Shown one piece after another: positions 13,007 to 37,120 of a stretch of 64,000 nucleotides of DNA. The position numbers and the translations under genes were made by a program. The DNA comes from Paraspadella gotoi (Eukaryota; Animalia; Chaetognatha): contig CM119265.1 of NCBI GenBank assembly GCA_051294375.1, positions 3,446,710 through 3,510,709 of the forward strand, read 5' to 3'. The stretch's first letter is position 1; every line of letters starts with the position of its first letter. Below the pieces are notes generated by a model that was not told where the DNA came from, ran no database searches, and worked only from the letters and a program-made list of their open reading frames with translations.

Positions 13007-16000
13007 ATGTCTTTTTCGACAATAACTTTTCGTCTGCAAAAAGGACGAATTATTAAACTAATTTTAGTTATCATTTTTTTACTCCTTGTTCGTCATTTTT
13101 TCAGCAAGAGAAACGATCCAATCAAGGAGGTAAGTTTTATAGTGAAACCTACCAACTTACCCTCAATTTGAATATGACTCGCTTTTCGTTTTTTCATCCC
13201 CGGATGTATGTATATCGATGCGAATGAGTTTGAGCTCGGAACCGGCTTGAGTCGCTGCGACGCGGAGCACTTGTTGCGTTTATGGACAACCTTAACTAAT
13301 AAATAACTATATAATTTAAAAAACAAAAATTTATTAATTGTTATTTTGTTTCATGAAATTAGTACAACCAATATAATAATTATCCATTCATTTAATAAAT
13401 AAGCTAATATCGTTGACTAAAATCCACTTACCGTTCATCAGCGGCCAGTGGTGCCGGAGGCCAGTCATTCGCCTCCTCAACCTAAAGGTCCGGGGTTCTA
13501 GCTTGGCAGTTAAGAGGGACGGGGCGCTTAACCAGCCCGTAACACGGTCTTACAGCCTGATCCGAAGCTCGGACTGCTTATATTGAACGGTTCTATCACT
13601 AACACATAACAATAATTACTGTCTCTTCACTATCTTGCCCCTGACTTTGGACAGGCTTTGGTGGTTTAAGGCCTCCATCACTCTTACAGGATAATGACGT
13701 AGCAGGTCCCTACAAGTTTTCAATGAAGACTCTCTCACAGTCTCGTTAATTCATTCCCAGAGTACCTGTCTTCCCTATCAGTGAAGTGGTATAATGTTTC
13801 AAAGAATGATTCATTTGTATGAAAAGACCACTCCCTTATCATGTTACAGAATCAAAAATCGTTTCGCTCTCGCAATTCGCGCAAATGCGATAAAAACAGG
13901 TAAGCATCAACGCATCGATTTGTGATCATTCACTTCCGCCAATTTGGTTTCTTATCTTTTTTAGTATGTTTGTTACATAGTGTAATAATCCTTTCGTTTT
14001 TGGTAACATAATTTCGAAGTCACGTGACAATTTAAACTTCGCTTAGAGAGCCTCTTTTTTTTCGTGTAAAACAATGTACAGATGAGTATAACAAACTACA
14101 ATATTTATGTTGTAAATTGTGCTTATCTTTAGATAATTGTTCAGTCACGAGATCATCTGGAAAAGCCTTAATCTTGCCGATTATTTTTAACGCAATATTA
14201 CAAATACTATATTGTAGTAAGGTCATTCCCGGCTCATTATAATGAATTCCCTCTTCCAATCAGAACCGACTGCCCAAAACTAGTTCTCTACTGGACGAGC
14301 CGCTTCGGCGAAAAAGACTTTGCCCTCGGCTTCGGCCCCGGTGGCGTTCGAGACTGTCCCACGGGCCGTTGCGAGTTGACGACGGAGCGTGGAAGACTCG
14401 AAGAAGCCGACGCCGTCGTCATTCATCCCAAAGGAGTCGAAAGGAAGACGTGGAATTCGGTCGTCGTTTGGCCGACGTGGGATGACTTTGATCTGCCGGA
14501 GATAAAGTAGGGAGGGATTTTGAAAAGAGGGGGGGGAAGAGATTGGGGTTGTGGGTGCACTATAAGAGCTTAGTAGGGTGGATGACGGAAAATATCACAG
14601 AGCCTCGCTATCAACCAGAACGACTACACTATAGACTTAGTAGGGTGTATATGAAAATTTCACAGGGCCTCGCTATCGAGCCAGAACGACTACACTATAA
14701 GAGTTAGTAGGGTGGATGATGGAAAATTTCACAGGTCCTCGCTATCGAGCCAGAAAACGACTACCTATAAGAGCTTAGTAGGGTGGATGATGGAAATTTC
14801 ACAGGTCCTCGCTATCGAGCCAGAACAACTACACTAAAAGCTTAGTAGGGTTTTAGACTGAAGAACTATTACAGGGCCTCGCTATCGAGCCAGAACGACT
14901 ATAGTGTGGTGGTGGGTGGGAATGTTTAGGTGGGAAGTGGTGAGCGTTGAGAATGGAGAATGGAATGAGTGGAAAGAGGGAATTGAATTGTAGATCGAAA
15001 AAAAAAACATAGATAAAGGGGAACAATAGGGTGTAGCCAATTTCAAAACTGAGAAAATTAATCCAAATAAATAAAATAAATAAATTTAAAAAAACTGAGA
15101 AATACTATTAATTTAAAAAAAATTAGTAAAAAATTTTATAAAAAGCTGTCGGCAATTGATGCTAAATAATTTTTAAGCTTATTTCAGGTTTTCCGACCAA
15201 CGGTGGATCATGTTTACTCGCGAATCGCCTCTCATGGTCCCAGACTTAACTCCGTTCCGCGACCTTTTCAACTGGACCATGACCTACAGAACGGAGAGCG
15301 AAATTTGGACGCCTTACGGGAAATTTATCGGGAAAAAGGTCAGCGCAGTAATGAATGTGAAGTTTTTTTTAATTTAAGGCCAAATATAAATTGTGAATAA
15401 AAATCAAATTCTAGATATAAAAGCAAAACAAAATTTAAATTACAAGCTATATCTAAATTAAAAGTCACAAAGCCAAATGTAAAAGTTCAAATGTAAGTCC
15501 TAAAGTAAAACCAAACCAAAGCAATTTTTGGACTTATTCTGGTTAGAGTTCCGATAACCGTTAATTTTTTAGGAAATTCGCTTAACCGTTAAAACTAACA
15601 TTTTTAACGGTTAACCGTTAAGATCGGTTAATTTTATAATTTAACTTTAAATTTAAAATATTAAGATTTAAAACAAACTAAAGTATTTAATGGTATTTTC
15701 TCTTTAACTCTGGCTCTTGAATGCGCTGATAAAGACTTGAAACAGAGTCGAAACATGTCTATTCTTTAAGTCAAATAAAATTGTTGTTATAAAAAAACAA
15801 ATATTTTTGCTAATCTCATAATACAACGAAACGAAAGGATACCATCAAATTCTAATTCTATATTTTGTTTTCTCTTTCTCTCTTTTGCTTTCTCTTTTTC
15901 TTTCTCTACTTCTTCTATTCCCCATTATTTTTGTAGTTGTTAGTTTCTTAAACGCTTTTTTTCTGTTGTTAGTCTTTCATAAACTATGACCAATGGTAAT

Positions 16001-17198
16001 TGACCATAAATATAAATTTTAATTTATTGATAGACTGGTTGATTTATCGATTGATCAAAATATTTATTGATTAATAAATATATTTTTCAGTTTAATTAAA
16101 AAGTATATCATCATTATTGTTTATGTCTTTTTTAAGATTCGTAAAAATAATTTTTTTATTTGGTTTTTTATTCATTTTTTTCTTCATTCATTCGGTTTTA
16201 TTTCATTTGCTTCATTGTTAATTTTAAAGAGGGAAAGAAAAAGAGAGAAAAAGTAAATAAGAGGGATTATTTATTTTTAGCTAAATTGAATATATATTAT
16301 TGCATGAAAGGGCAAAAAAAAAGGAAAAGGCAAAAGCAAAGGGCGAAAAAAGGAGAAAAAAGAAAGGGGGAAAGAAAAAGGGGAAAAGTGAGAAAGAAAA
16401 GAAAGAAACAGGAGGAGGTAAATAAAGGGGAAGAAAGAATAAGAGAGAGATGAGAATAGAAAAAAAGGAGAAAATACAAAGGAAAAAAGCAGGGAAAAAT
16501 TGGAGAAGAGAGAGAGGGGTAAAAATATGGTAAGAAGGGGAGAGGAGATAAGAGAGAACAGAAAAAAAATAGTTTTTTTTTTTAATTTAAAGATTTCATA
16601 CCAAAAAATGAAAAAAATCACATTTGAAAATTAACACAAATTTAACCGTTAAAATGAATATATTAACGGTTAAGTTAAAATTATTTTTACCGTTAATAAC
16701 CGTTAACAGTTAACGGTTATCGGAACACTAATTCTGGTAAATTCATTTTTTTATAATTAACATATCTATCATTTTAAGTTTAACTAATTAAATCTTCGTC
16801 TCCCACTTGATTTCCACCTTTCGTCCCACCTAAGACCCACCAACCCCTTCCTCACCTTATCGACCGCCGCAGCAAACCCTACCTCGCGGCCTGGGTGGTC
16901 TCCCACTGCCGCACCTCCAGTCAGCGCGAGGATCTCGTGGCTCAACTCCGACGTCACATCCGCGTCGACGTTTTCGGAGACTGTGGTCAATTAGTCTGTC
17001 CGCGCAGCGACGCCTGCGTCGAGAAACTCTCTCCTCTCTACAAGTTCTACTTGTCTTTCGAGAACGCCCTCTGCAGGGGATACGTCACGGAGAAGTTTTG
17101 GGATGTTTTGAAGGTAACACTCAATGGTTTATTATGCTCAAAATGTCCAAATTAAAAAGTTACATAAATGACCATTTAAGGTTTAAGCGCTTAATAGT

Positions 17199-17259
<61 letters not shown>

Positions 17260-18149
17260 CTATTTTCCAAGTATCAAACTGTTAAAGGACTTAAATTTAT
17301 TTCAAAGAAAACTACAATGATTCCGGTGGTGCTTGGAGATGCCAACTACGCCGTCGTCGCGCCTCCCAACTCCTTCATCGACGCGAGGAACTTCTCGTCC
17401 GCCAAAGAGTTGGGCTTCTTTCTCCAGAGGGTCGCCGAGGATGAAGCTCTGTGAGTTGGAGTCTTCACGATTTGTGGAATGTCACGTGATTTTTACATCA
17501 ATTGCTCACAAATAAGAATTTTCGGTAACAGTGAAATTTTTAATACAACGGTTTATAAAAGTTTGTGGTCACTGAAAAAATTGTTAAAATAAATAAATAA
17601 ATAAATAAAAAATAAAAAATAAAACGATATTAAAACAATTTAAAAAACAGACGACTCTAGTCTACACTTTTTTTAGTTATTTTTTTAAATTTTAAACCTT
17701 AAAAAGCTAAAAAATTAATAATATTTCTCGAAATTTCAAGATTTTTAAATATTCCCATATCAAGAGAGATGCTGGGACGCTTCATATTTCAATAATCTTT
17801 CTTTCGAAACGATTGTCTCGCTCCCAAACATAAGGCGAACCTATCAGTTTCTCTCCCCCCCCTACACGATCTCACTTCAGCTTCTCTCCCCTCACCCCAC
17901 AGCTACTCCTCTTACCACGCCTGGAGAACCGACTTCGAAGTGGTCGACCACGACTACGCCTGTCAGCTCTGCGACCGACTCCAGAACGACCCGATCTCGC
18001 CTCCCAAGTGGATCGACCGCGTGGACGAGTTTTGGTCCAAAGAGAAAACCTGCCGATCTTCGCCACGAAATTCCATCTTTCATTCGATCGAAGAAATTTG
18101 GCCCAAATGGTTCGTTTACGATTGGAAGAAACAATTCGATTTGAGTTGA
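13007..18149 (+). CDS. Alpha-1,3-fucosyltransferase (glycosyltransferase family 10), type II Golgi membrane protein
   Basis: Exons 13007-13129, 13850-13899, 14264-14506, 15188-15338, 16835-17113, 17308-17450, 17903-18149, phases compatible. N-terminal TM (IIKLILVIIFLLLV); GT10 motifs ADAVVIH, QRWIMFTRESP, FNWTMTYR, AAWVVSHC, YKFYLSFENALCRGYVTEKF, IPVVLG..Y...APPNSFID, YHAWR, CQLC. Confidence 0.95.
13408..13629 (+). mobile_element. Solo LTR family B (tRNA-Gly-like) nested in another repeat
   Basis: Splits the host repeat at AAG-CTAT-CTTGCC (empty site visible at ~7693-7706); TSD CTAA/CTAT; ends TTCA like 1368-1486. Confidence 0.75.
14558..14903. repeat. ~68-bp tandem repeat, 5 units, intronic
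   Basis: Unit CACTATAAGAGCTTAGTAGGGTGGATGATGGAAAATTTCACAGGTCCTCGCTATCGAGCCAGAACGACTA repeated head-to-tail without spacers. Confidence 0.9.
15544..16730. mobile_element. Non-autonomous hAT-type DNA transposon (MITE)
   Basis: 21-bp TIR TAG(A/T)GTTCCGATAACCGTTAA, exact 8-bp TSD ATTCTGGT (15536-15543, 16731-16738), multiple subterminal AACCGTT/AACGGTT motifs, no ORF. Confidence 0.9.
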
Positions 18150-18384
18150 AATTTAATTGTTATCATTAAAATTCCTTTTTTGTTTTGTTTATATTCATTA
18201 TTTTAAAATTGTTTTGTTCGTTGTGATATATAATTTCTAGTCGATTATTATTTTACCAACTCACGGGTCATTTCGTGTTAATTCCGATATCGTATCTCTG
18301 TTGTTAATCACTTTCAAATACCATAAAGCACATTCGTCATTCAGTGTGTCACATTGTTATTGCTTGTTTTAGAATTAGAATTTG

Positions 18385-18390
18385 AATAAA
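18385..18390 (+). promoter_or_regulatory. Probable polyadenylation signal of the fucosyltransferase
   Basis: AATAAA ~235 nt after the stop codon, followed by T-rich sequence. Confidence 0.45.
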
Positions 18391-19706
18391 TATACAAATT
18401 TTCATGTATTTTATTTTCTATCTAGGAACATATCAACTGTGTTTAAAGACAAAAACAACACCAAATTATCATTTTTTTAAAATCTGGGATATCGGTACAA
18501 TATATATAAGAATTATCCATTCATTCAATTTATTGATTCCCGGCCTTTCCTATCAATGAAAATATTCAAAGTTTTTTTATAAACTTTTATGCCATTTGTG
18601 CTTAAGATAACTCGAACTTACCTTCAACTCTCTCCCTTCCCCTTTTTCCTTACCTTCTCTCCCTCACCGTCGCCTCCTCCTTTTCCTCACCTCCTTTCCA
18701 CCCCCCCGCCGCCCCCCTATCCTCGCTCTTCAAAACCGCGCCACCTCGAAAGAAAAAAAATCTATGGCGCCATTTTCTTTTTTCTTTTTTCTTTTTTTTT
18801 TTTTGGTCTCAAAACAAGATTTTTTTAAACTTTTTTTTCTGTTTTAAAAAAAAGACGCAAAATGAAATCAATTTTTCCCCAGAGACGAAAACTAATGTGT
18901 CAAAAAAAACTTTTTCTTTTTTGGAGATTTTCTTTTCAGAATTCAGAAAAAAAACGAAAAAAAAAAGCGTACATAGATCATAGTAGGTCGAAAGGATATT
19001 TGTATATAAAAAAAGTGAGTTTTTTGTGGCAAAACTTTTTTCGCGGTTTTTTGTGCGAGGAATCCCTGGACGATCCTTTCGAGGGAACCGTCTTTTCTTT
19101 CGCGACGAACCTTCAGTTTCGCTTCCTTCTGACGCTTCCTCCTTTTTCTTAAAAAGGTCCTCTTCTTCTTTTTCTTCTTCTTCTTCTTCCTCCTCATTCT
19201 CCTCCTAGTTTTCTTCCTCCCTTTCCTCTACTTATCCTTATTTCTTTCCTTTCTTACCTTCCACTTTTTTTATTTTTCCCCGTCCCTTTCCTTCCTTTAT
19301 CTTACTTCCTACATTCCTTCCTTCATTCCTTCCTTTCTTCCTTCTTTTCCTTTCTTCCTTCTTCCATCTTTCTTTTATTCCTTCTTCTTTCCTTCTTTCC
19401 TTCCTTCTTTCTCTTCTTCCTTTCCTCTTCCTTCCTTCTTTCTTTTCCTTTTACTTTTTTCCTTCTCGGCTTTTCTTTTATTCTTTCCTCTTTCTCCTTC
19501 CATTTTCTTTCCTTTCTCTTTCTCTCTTTTTTCCTTTTCTTTTCTTCCTCCTCCTCTTCCTCCTCTTCCTCTTCCCCTTCCATATTTTTTCTTTCATTTT
19601 TTTTTGTGATGGTTTTTTGGAAATCATGACCTGAGATGAAGAATCCTCCAGTTTATGAAGCCTCTTAACGAGTTGCTCCTCTCTCTCTCCCTCTCTCCCT
19701 CTCTCC

Positions 19707-19767
<61 letters not shown>

Positions 19768-21360
19768 CTTTCCTTAACGGCCTCGTTCTTTGCTTCTTTT
19801 TTTGGCAGTTAACGACGACGACGACGACGACGACGACGAACCATTTTTTTTAGATTTACTTTCTTTATTTCTATTTTTTCAAAAGATTTATAACTTTTTT
19901 TTCTGGTGAATATGCTAAATTGCTAATTATCAAAAGGAAACGATTATAGAGCGAACGATATACATAAGCGAACGGGAATATATTTTCGAGAGGAAATATT
20001 AAGGAAGGTAGAAGTTCTAAATGAGTTAAAAAACAAAACAAACTTAAAAAGTCAAACGAAAAATACGAAAGTTTGAAAAATAAAATTTCTTTTTTTATCA
20101 TTTTATAACAAAAAGCTAAGAATTCAGTAGACTACCTTACATTTCTAGATGTATTTTGCGAAACTCTTTTCGCCTGTTTGGCCACCACGCCAATCTCTAG
20201 CCCAATCATTGCATCCTCTCTACCCCAATATCTCTTTTCTTGACTTTAGCGACTCTCAGCTTCTTTCTCAGATTCGGTCTCCATTTTCTCTCTTTTTTTT
20301 TTTTTTGCTTAAAACGCAGATGAATCATGGCTAATGATTTTCGCTCCTCGTTTCCAAATTTGGGGGCAAAAGTTCTCATCTGCTCATCGTCTCTCGATCC
20401 TCTTCTTCCTCTTCCTCCTCCCTTAATCCTTTATTCTCCTTCCTTACTTCTTAACTTCCTTTCTTTTTTTCACTTTATTGTACTTCTTCCAATTACCTCG
20501 AACCGTCTTGGTCAGTTTTCAGTTTAACTTTCCTGTCTAGTATCCTTATTTTTCCTCAATGATCTTTATCCTCTTCCTCATTTCCTCTTCCTCTTCCTCC
20601 TCCTTCTCCTCCCCCTCCTCCTCATTCCCTTCTGTCGAATTCTGCCATTGAAGCCTTTAATGGATCTGGTCCCTCAGCTGATTGCCTCAATTAAGGATCT
20701 TAATTTCAAACTTTATTCAAAATCTTTGAAAAACTCAAATCCCCAAAACTGTTATAACAAGACTTTTTTTTTTAAAGAGAGGAAAAGCAAAGCGGAAAGA
20801 GAGAGAGCGAGAGGGGAATCGAGCTGAAAGCGTCTCTCTCTCTCTCTCTGCTCTTTTATTTTGGGGAATTCCCAAAAAAACTTTTTTTGCTTTCCTCGTC
20901 TTCTTTTTTATTTCTCTCTTAATTATTTCCCATTTTGTGGAAAAGGAGGGAATTTCGGTTTTTTCCTTTTTTTTCCTTTTTTTTCTTTTTTTTCTTTTTT
21001 TTTTCTTTTTCCTTTTTATTCGCAGAAAGAAAATCCGACCGACGGAAAATTCCTTCTTTTTCATTTTAAGACGAATTTTCAAAGATTTCTTCGTCTTTTA
21101 TTTTTGGTCAACGATTATAAGGGTAAATTTTATTGTCTTCCTCACTGACCGATTAATGTTTACATTTTACATTTTTCGTATTATTACGTAAACGAGCCGG
21201 ATTGCATTTATAGTACTTAGTTCCGTTTACAATCACACACTAATAGAAAACTTGATGTTACTTTCCTCAGTATTTTCAGTTTCCACGGACGGTTGGGAAT
21301 TTCAAGCAGTGCCAGTTAGCCATCACTCCATTCGTATGCGTTTCGCTCTTTGATTTTATT

Positions 21361-21443
<83 letters not shown>

Positions 21444-22243
21444 ATTTCAGACCCGCCCAGCAGTCTTTCCCCCCCTACAATCTATGCGACTTTGCGACAA
21501 GTCTTATCAATCACCCGATAAAAATTTTAATAAAAAATATGTATCAACCTCATTTTTAAATTTGTCCTATATTTTGACAATTAGTCATCGTTCTGCGTTA
21601 ACTTTATAATTTTACGTTCTAAGTATGAATAAAAACCGGTTAAGCGATTAAAGACAATTTTTAAGGACATGTTTATAACTTGCATGCAGTATTTAACTGA
21701 ATTGAAATTGAAATCCGTATTTAACTCAATTTATCTGTTTTTCTTTCCCTCTCTCTTAATCTTTCTCTTTCTCTCTCTTTCTCTCTCTTTTTTCTCTTTT
21801 CTATCTTTCTATATATCTTTCTATCTTTCTATCCCATCTCTCGTCCCCTTTTCTTCACTATTTCTGATTCTCACATCTGTTCCTTGCTCTTTTTCTTCTC
21901 TTTCTTATCGCTTTTTTTCTATTTTTCTTTTCTTCTCTTTCCTCTTACTCTTCTTTTTTTTCCTATCCACTTTTCTTTTTTTCTTTTCCTCTCATGCGTC
22001 TTCTCCCCCTATTCCTCTTTTTCTCCTCCCCCTCTCCCTCTCTTTCTCCTCTCCTCTCTCTCTCCTCTTCCTCTCCCTCTCTTCTCCCCTCCCCTTCATC
22101 GGGGTCAACCCACAACGATTCGCGTACGACCTTCGTACGCATCAACGTCGTCGTCGTCGTCGTCTTCGTCGTCATCGTTCTCTTTTCGGTCCCTCCCCCT
22201 TGCGCATTCATTGCCGAAATCCTGTCTGTCTTCTTTCTTCTTT

Positions 22244-22304
<61 letters not shown>

Positions 22305-22307
22305 TTT

Positions 22308-22363
<56 letters not shown>

Positions 22364-23040
22364 TTTGTTTTCGACGGTTTTTTACTATTTTACTATGTTT
22401 TTTTATTTTTACTTTCTATTTCATTTATATTTCCGTACTTCAAACCAAAGTTAAAAATCGTATCTCGTATCGTCACTTATAATTTCGACGAATCAAAAGA
22501 AAGAGTAAAAAAGAAAATGATCTGATTGGATGAAATTCGCTTTCGACGTCGAGAAAAATGCAGATTGGATTTCATTCGATTCCCGCGGGAAAATTCATGA
22601 GGACGAAAATACGAGGGGTCAATAGTAAAAAGTCGAAACGTCACGAGGATCACAAGTCAGGGGGTCAAAAAAGATCATCGGGTCAAAAAAGATCAACATG
22701 TCAAAAATGGGCGAAAGTTGAAATATTCAAAATGGAGCAGAATTGAATAAGGTTGGAATTCTCCTTATGTATAAATACTAATTTGGTTATTTTACGACAT
22801 TGTTAAATTAATTATCTCTCTTACAAGATTATAACCTCGCAGGACTTGTGACTTTTTAAATCCCTTCTAAACTTGTCCCTTTGAAGAAAATCACCAAAAG
22901 TCCTTTCACGCTCTCACTGATCCAATCCATTCTCGACTCTCTCCCTCATCCCTCCCCCCTCCCAGCCCCCTGGAAAAAAAACCATTCACGAGATATGATA
23001 AAATGGCGTTGATTGAAAAGTGCCTCACTGCCTCGTGAAC

Positions 23041-23074
<34 letters not shown>

Positions 23075-23334
23075 AAGATTTGGTGAATAGAGATTCTTTC
23101 CTTTTTTGTGAATGTGAGGAATCGTAAGTCGAGTGACTCGAATTTTACGATCGAGTCTCTCACTCATTTTCTTTTAAGCGCCTTTTGCTCCTTTAAAGCC
23201 AAGCCCTTGCTTCACTTTTGCTCCTTTAATGATAAGCCTCTCCTTCACGTTTTCCTCGCTACTGTTAAGCCAATCTACCTCTTCTAAAGCAAAGACCCTT
23301 TCACTTTCTGTCGCTCCAATCTGCCCCACATGAG

Positions 23335-23701
23335 GCGGGGTGAACTTTGCTATGCTCGACTACATGCCCCCCAGATTGTAACCCACCCTGCACTGCTTCC
23401 AGTGGAGGGAGGGGAGCAATCTTCAGTACGTCCATGGGCCTGGAATCAGAAGGTTGGAATACGCTCGACAAGATGCGCTCACCAGTAGCAGCCATGGAAC
23501 GAGTCCTGAGCTTGGAACCAGGCTTGAGGATTTTCCCAAGGCGGCTTACGGCCGTCCTCACACTTCCAGCAGGGTAGGTACCGGGTGGGATTAAACCCGA
23601 TACCCAGTGGTCATGAGCTGATGACTTTACTCAATGAGCCACCGGGTCAGGACTGAAGGTGCATGCTTATAGGGGGGTGAACTTTGCTATGCCCGACTAC
23701 A
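23335..23701 (-). mobile_element. TRIM (LTR - short internal region - truncated LTR), family C, tRNA-Met-like sequence in the LTR
   Basis: TGTAGTCG(G/A)GCATAGCAAAGTTCACCCC at 23701 and again at 23364; the second copy is preceded by PPT-like TCTGGGGGGCA and a long hairpin; LTR holds TATAAG, TGGCTCATTGAG (A box), CTCATGA loop and GGTTTAATCCC (B box). Confidence 0.7.
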
Positions 23702-23992
23702 AAGAGAAGTAAAGAATACCTAAACATGTTAACAAGATTCAGAAATAAGAAAAGTGCTTAATGAACTATATTTAAAATTTAAATGTTAAAAATAAATATT
23801 CCTCTCGCTTGGTTGGCGTCATCGTCGTCGTAACTAAAGTCTTCTCCATTGTACGCTGATTTTTTTTGTGGAGACCAACTCGAGCGAGAATCTCGATTAT
23901 TATTAACTCGGATATGCAAATGAGATTTTCGCGCTCGACGGAACCCGTTAATCGAAAGACAAGCCCCGATCCGCCGTCACCCAAAGGGAAAT

Positions 23993-24089
<97 letters not shown>

Positions 24090-24268
24090 GAGGAATTTCA
24101 CAACGATGGTTGGTGGAGAGATTTTTCAATAGGTATCACAGCCCAGGCCGCGAGAAAGAGAGATAAGCCAGGAACGCAATGGCTCGAAAATTAATGATAA
24201 CACTTTTTCATATCTAATTTTATCTCCGTTAATGAATCTTTGTTTCCAAGAACCGGGCAAACCTGGTT

Positions 24269-24340
<72 letters not shown>

Positions 24341-24495
24341 ATCAACACACAATCCGGGATCATCGTGGTGAATAATTTGCTTCCTTTAATTTTTCCCTCT
24401 TTTGTCTTTAAAAATTCTTGAAACCGTTTATGAAGTTCTGCTATGAATCTGTTTTACTTATTGAGTTGGAAGAATAAGCGAAGGTCAGGGGAGAG

Positions 24496-24557
<62 letters not shown>

Positions 24558-24626
24558 AAGATAGGGAATCTTTACTCATGAATCGCAAGGTCGGCTGGTG
24601 GAAGAAATAGTTGGAATAAAGTTAAA

Positions 24627-24677
<51 letters not shown>

Positions 24678-25672
24678 TGTTAAAAGGTCAGTGAAGATAC
24701 TAAATAATAAGAGTTAGAGAATTATATTCCATTAAATTTTATTATTTACTATTTAGTCATGGTTTTGATTTTTTTATATGCTATGAAATTGGTGTAATCA
24801 ATATAAAAATATCCACTCATTAAATAACTAACGATATGTTAACGATGATTCTGTGTAGTAAATATAGTTTCTGAATTCATTAAGCTGAAGCACACTTTAA
24901 AAAAGTTGTCTGACTTCTCTGTCTGAGAAAAATAATAATTGATCTTCTTTTTCTTGAGTTTTGATCTCGAAATTAGTCAGGACTCAAATTCAAAACACCT
25001 TTTTCCTTTTCCCCTTTTTGTTTTGTGTTTAGTCCTTTTGTACTTTGGTTCTGCTTTTTTTTTAACTCGATAATTTCAATTGAATATAGTATTTTGCGGC
25101 CTTTTTTAAAACATTGTCTTTCTAAATATTGAAAAGCTGCGATTTAAATATGACATTAATTATGGTAAGAATTTTCACTTTCAAAATTCAGGTTAAATGA
25201 AGATTCGTCTTGACAAAGAAGAAACATTGAACGTCAAAACCTCATCATAATAAAAAAAAAAATTAAAATAAAAAAAAAGAAAGTAAATTATAATGATAAA
25301 TAAAAAAGGTTTTTCAAATAGATTTTCCCCCAAAAAATGAAATTTGGAAAGTCCAACAAAAACTCATCATTAAGGAATAAAACTTTGTCTCTAAAAATAA
25401 CTAACGCAAAGAACTTCCTCCTTCCTGGTTTTTCCCATCTTGGGTTTGGCAAACCTGTTTTTAATTTTAAGAGAATATCCGGACAGGTATTATTAAGCAG
25501 AACCAGAAATGAAAAATGACGAAAATAATATTTGAGTCGCGGCGAATTTTCTGCTTCGAAATTTATTTAAAAACAAAATTACAAACAACCCAGGGTGAGG
25601 AATGAAGAAAAGCAAAAAGGAACAACGAAAAAGTAAGTAACTGACGCTCTGAGATCAAATTTTAAACTTTTT

Positions 25673-25960
25673 GGCGCTTTTTTTTCGAAAGCGCTCTATT
25701 TCTATTCCTAATTCCTAAACTTAAAAGTTTAATCTAACGCTAATCTTTTTTATTCAAAATATTTAATCTAATCTCTAATCTAATCCCTAAATCTAATCCT
25801 TAACTGATCGCTAACCTAATCGTTATCCCTATCCTAATCTTTAAATCTAATCCTTAACAGATCGCTAACCTAATCGTTATCCCTATCCTAATCTTTAAAT
25901 CTAAACACAAACATAATTACGAATTTAAACTGAAATGGGGAGCTTTCGGAAAAGATGGGC
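25673..25960. mobile_element. MITE, (CCTAAT)-interior family
   Basis: GGCGCT..TTTCGAAAGCGCTCTATTTC left end and GAAATGGGGAGCTTTCGGAAA right end; interior of degenerate CCTAAT units including a 54-bp duplication. Confidence 0.55.
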
Positions 25961-26034
25961 AGCGTTTTACAAGAAGAGACTGAGTAGAAAAATATATTTT
26001 TTATAGTATTCGGACATATTAATCGAAAAAAGAA

Positions 26035-36321
<10,287 letters not shown>

Positions 36322-36501
36322 GATTTGACTTCGTGACTCATTTTCACGTTTCACGTTTGGCTTTTTTTGCCATGTGAAAAGTTTAAGGAATGTAGGTTAT
36401 ATTTACTTCTTGCTCGAGTTTTGTTGAAAATTGTTCGTACTTACTTCGTATTTACTGTTTTGACTGTTGCAAATCTTTCTTAATTTAGTTTTTCGATTGC
36501 A

Positions 36502-36507
36502 AATAAA
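36502..36507 (+). promoter_or_regulatory. Probable polyadenylation signal of the PTP gene
   Basis: AATAAA ~180 nt after the stop codon. Confidence 0.45.
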
Positions 36508-36834
36508 ACACAAATTTTACAAAAAATTAGCAGTGCCTGCTAAATCAATAGGGCTTTTTTTTCACTATGTATAAAAAATGTTTATTGTCAGAAAGGTCCG
36601 ATTTATTATTAATTAAACGTTCACGTACTTACGAAACAAACCAATGACTTGAAACGCTTATTCTCCCCCTTCTTCACAATGAGGAGCGACTTTCACCGTG
36701 AAAACCGTGAATGAAAATCTCTTTTTCTCCTCTTTTTTCTTTTTTGACCTCGAAGGAAAGAAATCAAGCGGAGGGAAAATCAGAGGCCGAGTCGATGGGA
36801 ACAATAGCGTCATCATCGTCGTTCGTCGTTCGTC

Positions 36835-37120
36835 GTCGTCGTCGTTCGTCGATTGTCATTGTCGTCGTCTTCGTTGTCTTTCTCTGTCCTCATTGTCGAT
36901 CGACATTGTTCATCGTCGTCGTCGTTCGTCGATTGTCATTGTCGTCGTCTTCGTTGTCTTTCTCTGTCCTCATTGTCGATCGACATTGTTCATCGTCGTC
37001 GTCGTTCGTCGATTGTCATTGTCGTCGTCTTCGTTGTCTTTCTCTGTCCTCATTGTCGATCGACATTGTTCATCGTCGTCGTCGTTCGTCGATTGTCGTT
37101 GTCGTCGTCTTCGTTGTCTT
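36835..37120. repeat. 80-bp tandem repeat (~3.5 units) built from TCG/TTG triplets
   Basis: TTCGTCGATTGTC recurs at 36845, 36925, 37005, 37085. Confidence 0.9.

Noticed and set aside
14558-14903. CRISPR-like or hammerhead-bearing repeat array
   Set aside because: Units are head-to-tail with no unique spacers and the context is eukaryotic; GGATGA..GAAA lacks the CUGA core and the required stems.
23600-23650. CTGATGA hammerhead core in the family C element
   Set aside because: No GAAA/stem II partner; the segment is better explained as the reverse strand of a tRNA-like head.
18589-24700. Numerous Phe/Ser/Leu- or Arg/Glu/Lys-rich ORFs (also 36698-43425 and 52476-63465)
   Set aside because: Translations of (AG)n, (CTTT)n, (TCG)n and purine-skewed low-complexity DNA; no domains or consistent splicing.
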